64,000 bases of DNA from Cladosporium halotolerans (lineage: Eukaryota), in NCBI RefSeq assembly GCF_011745625.1, contig NW_027191454.1, positions 930,001 to 994,000 on the forward strand. Direction: 5' to 3'. Below the pieces are notes generated by a model. That model was not told the DNA's origin. It made no database searches and worked only from the letters and a program-made list of their open reading frames with translations. Both the position numbers and the translations under genes were made by a program. The stretch's first letter is position 1. Every line of letters starts with the position of its first letter. This document shows positions 59,200 to 64,000 of this stretch, in pieces.

Positions 59200-60996
59200 C
59201 TAATGTTTGTCGTAATTAACATAAACCCTCCCCTCCCACGCTCTCAGTACTGGTCGGCCACCTCTCAGCTTCATCGATCCTTCACCCGAGGTGCTTACAA
59301 GAAGCCTCGGTTCCTCACCGGACATCTCTGCAGCAACGTCTGGACCCACTTCTTCCTCCTTCGACATGTTGAGTACCACAACCGCTTTTCTGCGCGATCC
59401 CTTTGCATCGGTCTTGGTGTACGCAAACACAGCTTCGTTTTCCGGGTCCAGCAGCGTGAAAGCTCCAAAAACGAACAGTTCCCGGTGCTGCTTGCGCAAT
59501 GCCAGCACCTGCTTGTAAAAGCTGAGAATAGATGTGGGGTCTCCGCGCTGTCGAGCGACATTGATCGAGCGGTAGTCATCGTGGACCCGCATCCACGGCT
59601 CTGCTTCTGCGGACGTGAACCCGGCGTGAGGCGAGTCGTCCCATTGGAATGGGATGCGAGAGTGGTCGCGTGCGAGGTGGCCGAGGCCATGAAGCGTCTT
59701 ACGCAACCGTTCAGAATCACCAGATGCCACGGCTTCAGCGTAGAAGCCACTGCTCTCGACGTCCTTATACTCTTCGATGCCCCAAGACTGCGGCATGTTC
59801 GTCATGCCGATTTCTTGCCCTTGGTACAGGAACAGTGTCCCTGTCAGTGTTGCTTGCCAGAGGGCGATGGTCTTTGCTGATCGGATCCACATTTCTGTGG
59901 AAGAAGTGTCTCCGAATCGGCTGACGGCTCGGGCGTTGTCGTGGTTCTCGATGAAGACCGTTGTCCAGGCGTCGGTGCCTGTTACGAAGCTTTGCCACTT
60001 TTCGGTGAGATTCTTCAGCTTTGACAGCGGGAAGGGCTGGTAGATGTACTTTGGCCCTAGGATGTTGCCAGTTCCTAAGCGGATGACGGAGAATTCGAAG
60101 ACCATGTCGAGCTCTTGTGCGGCCGCGGATACATACGGGATGACTTGATCAGGATGTGGGGTGTTGGACAGCTCGCCGACAGAAACGGCTCCGAAAGGCG
60201 CCAGCACCTTCCGGTTCATCTCGTGAATGAATTCGTGGATGCGCGGACCATTACACCACATCTCTGGGGCTGATTGGTGTGGCGATTTCGGATCTGTGAT
60301 TGGCGCATCGACGTAATCTTGCCTCTTCGAATATTTGTTGACTGTGTCTATGCGGAACCCGTCAACGCCACGATCGAGCCAGAACCGCATCGTGTTGTCG
60401 TAGATGGCATTGCGGCACTCCTCGTTTTCCCAGTTGAGATCAGGCTGGTCTGGCGCATAGAGGTGAAGGTAGTACTCCTGTGTCTGCTCGTCCCACGTCC
60501 AAGTAGGACCTGCGAAGTAGCCTCTCCAATTCGTGGGCGGGTGGCGAGTGCCATTCTCGTCGTAGCGAGCAGGTTTCCAGATGTACCAATCCCGCTTGGG
60601 GTTTTCTTTGGAGGAGCGGGACTCTTTGAACCATTCGTGCTCCTGAGATGTGTGGTTGACGACGAGGTCGAGGATGACTTTGATGTCTCGAAGGTGAGCC
60701 TCGTGCAATAACCTGTCGACATCTTGTATTGATCCGTATGGCTCGTAGATTTTCTGGTAATCCGATACGTCGTATCCCATGTCCTTCTGTGGGCTTTCAA
60801 AGATAGGGGAGACCCAGATCACGTCGACGCCGAGTTCGTGTAGATAGTCGATCTTGGAGATGAGGCCAGGCAGATCACCCCAGCCGTCACCGTTTGAGTC
60901 TTTGAAGCTGGCCGGGTAGACTTGATAGAACACGGCATCTTTCCAGTAAGGCTCTCCAGCCCAGCCATTGTTCTTGTCCCAGGTGATTGAGCCCAT
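59200..60996 (-). CDS. Alpha-glucosidase / maltase (GH13, oligo-1,6-glucosidase-like)
   Basis: YQVYPASFKDSNGDGWGDL, DMGYDVSDY, DLVVNHTS, GVDGFRIDTV (nucleophile Asp), VGE, ENHDN, YQGQEIGM. No signal peptide; intronless. Confidence 0.95.
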   Translation of the reverse strand: MGSITWDKNNGWAGEPYWKDAVFYQVYPASFKDSNGDGWGDLPGLISKIDYLHELGVDVIWVSPIFESPQKDMGYDVSDYQKIYEPYGSIQDVDRLLHEAHLRDIKVILDLVVNHTSQEHEWFKESRSSKENPKRDWYIWKPARYDENGTRHPPTNWRGYFAGPTWTWDEQTQEYYLHLYAPDQPDLNWENEECRNAIYDNTMRFWLDRGVDGFRIDTVNKYSKRQDYVDAPITDPKSPHQSAPEMWCNGPRIHEFIHEMNRKVLAPFGAVSVGELSNTPHPDQVIPYVSAAAQELDMVFEFSVIRLGTGNILGPKYIYQPFPLSKLKNLTEKWQSFVTGTDAWTTVFIENHDNARAVSRFGDTSSTEMWIRSAKTIALWQATLTGTLFLYQGQEIGMTNMPQSWGIEEYKDVESSGFYAEAVASGDSERLRKTLHGLGHLARDHSRIPFQWDDSPHAGFTSAEAEPWMRVHDDYRSINVARQRGDPTSILSFYKQVLALRKQHRELFVFGAFTLLDPENEAVFAYTKTDAKGSRRKAVVVLNMSKEEEVGPDVAAEMSGEEPRLLVSTSGEGSMKLRGGRPVLRAWEGRVYVNYDKH

Positions 60997-61740
60997 TACG
61001 CTTGGTGTAGATAACAGTCACTGCTATGGAGAGAACAACAAGTACAAGCACCGCTGGAAAACTGGTGCTCAAAATGTTGCGAGCCAACAGGTAACATACT
61101 TGTACCTTCGCCGGTTTTGTGGGCCAAACGAACTCAGCGTTCCCATATCGTACCGCGAACGGGCGGAGTCTGCCCGACGAGGGCAGATCCCGGGTCACTG
61201 TCACCTGCTATCACTTGGCACATTTTTCCGCCCGTTGAAGGAGCTTTTCGGAACCGTGAAGCTACCGTCTGAGTCGCCGACAGAGCCTCCGCATTTGCCG
61301 CCATCCTTCGGACGGACACAAGGCGGAGAATCGCCGCCGATCAACCGTCAATCAGCGGAGAGACTCCGCCTCTATGCCACTTTTGGCAGCGACTTGGTGC
61401 AACGCTAGCGGAGTCTCCTGTTGGAACGCGCACATGGTTCCCCACATCTCCACACTGCAACCCCAGACCCATGCCGAGGATTGCCATCCCTCCAGTTTTT
61501 GCAATGGAAAATGCTCGTTCGTGGCGCCTTCTGAGGCAAAGCATCTGGAACGAGCCGACAAATACCTCGCTTAAGTCACGCCCAAGACGCAGGGCTATGG
61601 TTCATAGCACCCATCTGAGATGAAATCGAATGACCGGATACCGAACGCAGTGAACATATAAAGCAACGACTCATCCCTCAGGTCTCGCAAAACACCACCT
61701 CCGTCGACAATTCTCTTTACATCCCTCTTTACCAGTCACC
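60997..61740. promoter_or_regulatory. Divergent promoter between maltase and maltose permease with CGG-N8-CGG and multiple SYGGRG (CreA/Mig1-type) sites
   Basis: CGG-ACACAAGG-CGG at 61313-61326. SYGGRG on either strand at 61163, 61287, 61323, 61355, 61364, 61408, 61440, 61448, 61461. TATA-like ATATAAA near 61656. Confidence 0.6.
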
Positions 61741-63404
61741 ATGGCTGCAACCAACAACTCTGCCAGCATTGACAAAGGCCCTGTATCAGAGCACCATGAG
61801 CCAATGCAATCTGAGGTCCTGGCCGCTGAGGCCAGCCAGGCCGCCGCTGCAGAGCACAACATGAGTCTCTGGCAGGCAATCAAGACGTACCCGAAAGCAA
61901 TCGGCTGGTCAGTCCTCCTCAGCAGCACTCTCATCATGGAGGGCTACGACCTCGCTCTCCTCGGCAACCTCTACGCCTCGCAAGTCTTCAGCAAGAAGTA
62001 CGGCGAATGGAACCCAGACGACGAGAAGTACCAAGTCTCCGCTGCGTGGCAGTCTGGGCTGTCGAACGGTGCTAGAGCCGGCGAGATCATTGGTCTCATA
62101 ATTGCGGGTTGGTTCACGGATCGCTATGGTGCGAAGAAGACTACGCTGGGCTTCCTCGTCATGATGATCGCGACGATCTTCGTTCTCTTCTTTGCGCCGA
62201 ACGTACAAGTGCTCGTCGCAGGAGAGGTGCTTTGCGGTATCCCCTGGGGTGCTTTCCAGAGTGTGGCCGCGCAGTACGCTTCTGAGGTTGCGCCTGTCAA
62301 CCTTCGGCCGTATCTCACGACGTTTATCAACATGTGCTGGGTCATCGGACAGTTCTTCGCGGCGGCTGTGAGCCGTGGATCTGTCGATTACACCGACTCA
62401 CGTGCCTACCGCATCCCGTTCGGTGTGCAGTGGCTGTGGCCTGTCTTGATCATCAGTGGTCTCATTTTCGCGCCAGAGTAAGTCGTCACGTGAATCCTTT
62501 CAGAGACCAAAGCTAACATGACAGATCACCCTGGTGGTTCGTCCGCAAAAATCGCCGGTCCGACGCTCGCACCTCCCTCCTCCGCCTGACCAGCTCCAAG
62601 CAAACAGACTTCAACCCAGACGAAACCATCGCCATGATCGAGCACACCAACGAGATGGAAAAGCTGGCCAAAGAGGGCACTACATACATGGATTGCTTCC
62701 GGGGCGTCGACCTGCGCCGCACAGAAGTCGTTGTCGGAATCTGGACCGTCCAGACGCTCGGCGGCCAGAATCTCATGGGCTTCTTCTCCTACTTCCTCAC
62801 CCAGGCCGGTATGGACACCCGCAATTCCTTCTCGCTCTCCATGGCCAACTCGGCCCTCGGCATCATCGGCACCGCCGGCTCCTGGTTCTTGATGTCCAAA
62901 GTCGGCCGCCGCAAGATCCACTTCGGCGGTCTCTGCGCTCAGTTCCTGCTGCTCATCATCGTCGGCAGCTTGTCGTTCGCCGGCACTAATGCGTCGTTGT
63001 GGGCCATCGGAGGCGTGCTCATTGTCTTCACGTTCACGTACGACTTCACCGTCGGGCCCGTGACCTACTCGCTGGTCTCGGAACTGTCTTCGACGCGCCT
63101 GAAGGCCAAGACCATCGTGCTCGCTCGCGCCGCGTACAACGCCAGCAACATCTTCGTCAACGTCATGACCAACTACCAGCTGTCTTCGACGGCTTGGGAT
63201 TGGGGCGCGCGCACCGCTTTCTTCTGGGCGGGCACCTGTCTGCTGTCCTGCATTTGGGTTTACTTCCGTCTTCCTGAGCCCAAGGGACGCACGTATGCGG
63301 AGCTGGACATGCTGTTCGAGAAGCGTGTGCCTGCGAGGCGCTTTGCGAAGACGGAGGTCGATCCGTTCACGGCCGAGGCTACGGGCGGGAAGAGTGTTGA
63401 GTGA
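61741..63404 (+). CDS. Maltose/alpha-glucoside permease (MFS sugar porter); exons 61741-62477 and 62525-63404
   Basis: LWQAIKTYPKAIGWS, IMEGYD, GIPWGAFQ, YASEVAP, PE/SPWW, GPVTYSLVSELSSTRL, LPEPKGRTYAELD. Confidence 0.93.
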
Positions 63405-63468
63405 AGGACGACGTGGTTTGTCGGTAGTACTATATCCATTCGCAATTCTTGTTCAATATTAGAAACTT

Positions 63469-64000
63469 TCATTGCATCGTCATCGGCGGCCGTGTAGCCA
63501 AGCTCGGTATCGTCTGCTGGATGTGTCTTTCAAGAAGATCGTCGTAGATCGTGTCTCCGCTCGGCGACTTTTGAATCAGAGCTCGCAGGTATGAGAGGTC
63601 ATTGACCGGTAATGAACCGACGACGACTCCGTTCTTACTCGTGGTTGTGATGGGTATGCGCGCCAGGACGTCGACGAGAGCCGAGGCTATGTCAAACAAT
63701 TTCTCCGTCATCCCGACTCCATGGACCTTGAAACTCGAAGCAGGCAGGTCACGAGTGGACAGCATGAGCTCTTTGGCTATGTCGATTGGATAGCGGAAGG
63801 TGACGCTGTGTTGGTATGATTCTTCCACGAGGTGGCCGAGACGCAGTCGCAATTTCCAAATTACCACGCGTAGCCATAGCTGGGTGACTCTGAGATTGGC
63901 TTTTTGTGTGTCCTGGAGGTCCAGATCCTGGCTCAAAGCTGAATTGATTTGAGTTTCGACGTGGCTGATGTGTTCTGGTGATGGCCCGAAAGGCATGGCT
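63469..64000 (-). CDS. 3' end of a MalR/AmyR-type fungal transcription factor (partial; continues beyond the window)
   Basis: QKANLRVTQLWLRVVIW and VHGVGMTEKLFDIA resemble the C-terminal region of maltose-activator Zn2Cys6 factors. Convergent with the permease. The DNA-binding domain is outside the window. Confidence 0.7.
   Translation of the reverse strand, partial: AMPFGPSPEHISHVETQINSALSQDLDLQDTQKANLRVTQLWLRVVIWKLRLRLGHLVEESYQHSVTFRYPIDIAKELMLSTRDLPASSFKVHGVGMTEKLFDIASALVDVLARIPITTTSKNGVVVGSLPVNDLSYLRALIQKSPSGDTIYDDLLERHIQQTIPSLATRPPMTMQ

Overview
Gene-dense chromosomal DNA of a filamentous ascomycete (GT-AG introns of ~50-125 nt with CTRAC branch points; a Dothideomycete-like origin is my inference). 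I can support about 27 protein-coding genes. Most are housekeeping or regulatory: Tdp1-like, Ada/MPT, Bin3/MePCE, aromatic amino acid decarboxylase, TPI1, U1-70K, MRPL51, Pmp3-like, Nnk1-like kinase, VAC8, Aro80-like, 2OG-Fe(II) oxygenase, SPB1, YML020W-like, DUF1308, SRP9/21, AmdX/Adr1-like, DUG3, RPA3, MHR1, Vps38/UVRAG and a CorA-like membrane protein. A maltose-utilisation (MAL) cluster lies at the right end. No tRNA, rRNA, CRISPR or intact transposon was recognised. The best candidate for a new system is a dual-coding locus at 12326-15033 (minus strand). A ~401-aa ORF with a weak start context, no internal Met and PP1- and calcineurin-docking-like motifs overlaps, in another frame and across a shared intron, the N-terminus of a Ser/Thr kinase, suggesting a bicistronic mRNA. 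Other highlights: a competing U1-complementary 5' splice site in the U1-70K intron that gives a premature stop; a Zn2Cys6 TF and neighbouring reductase that each carry one G-to-A lesion; a 1.14-kb AUG-free leader; and a His-rich Pmp3 variant. Exon boundaries were read by eye and need RNA-seq confirmation.
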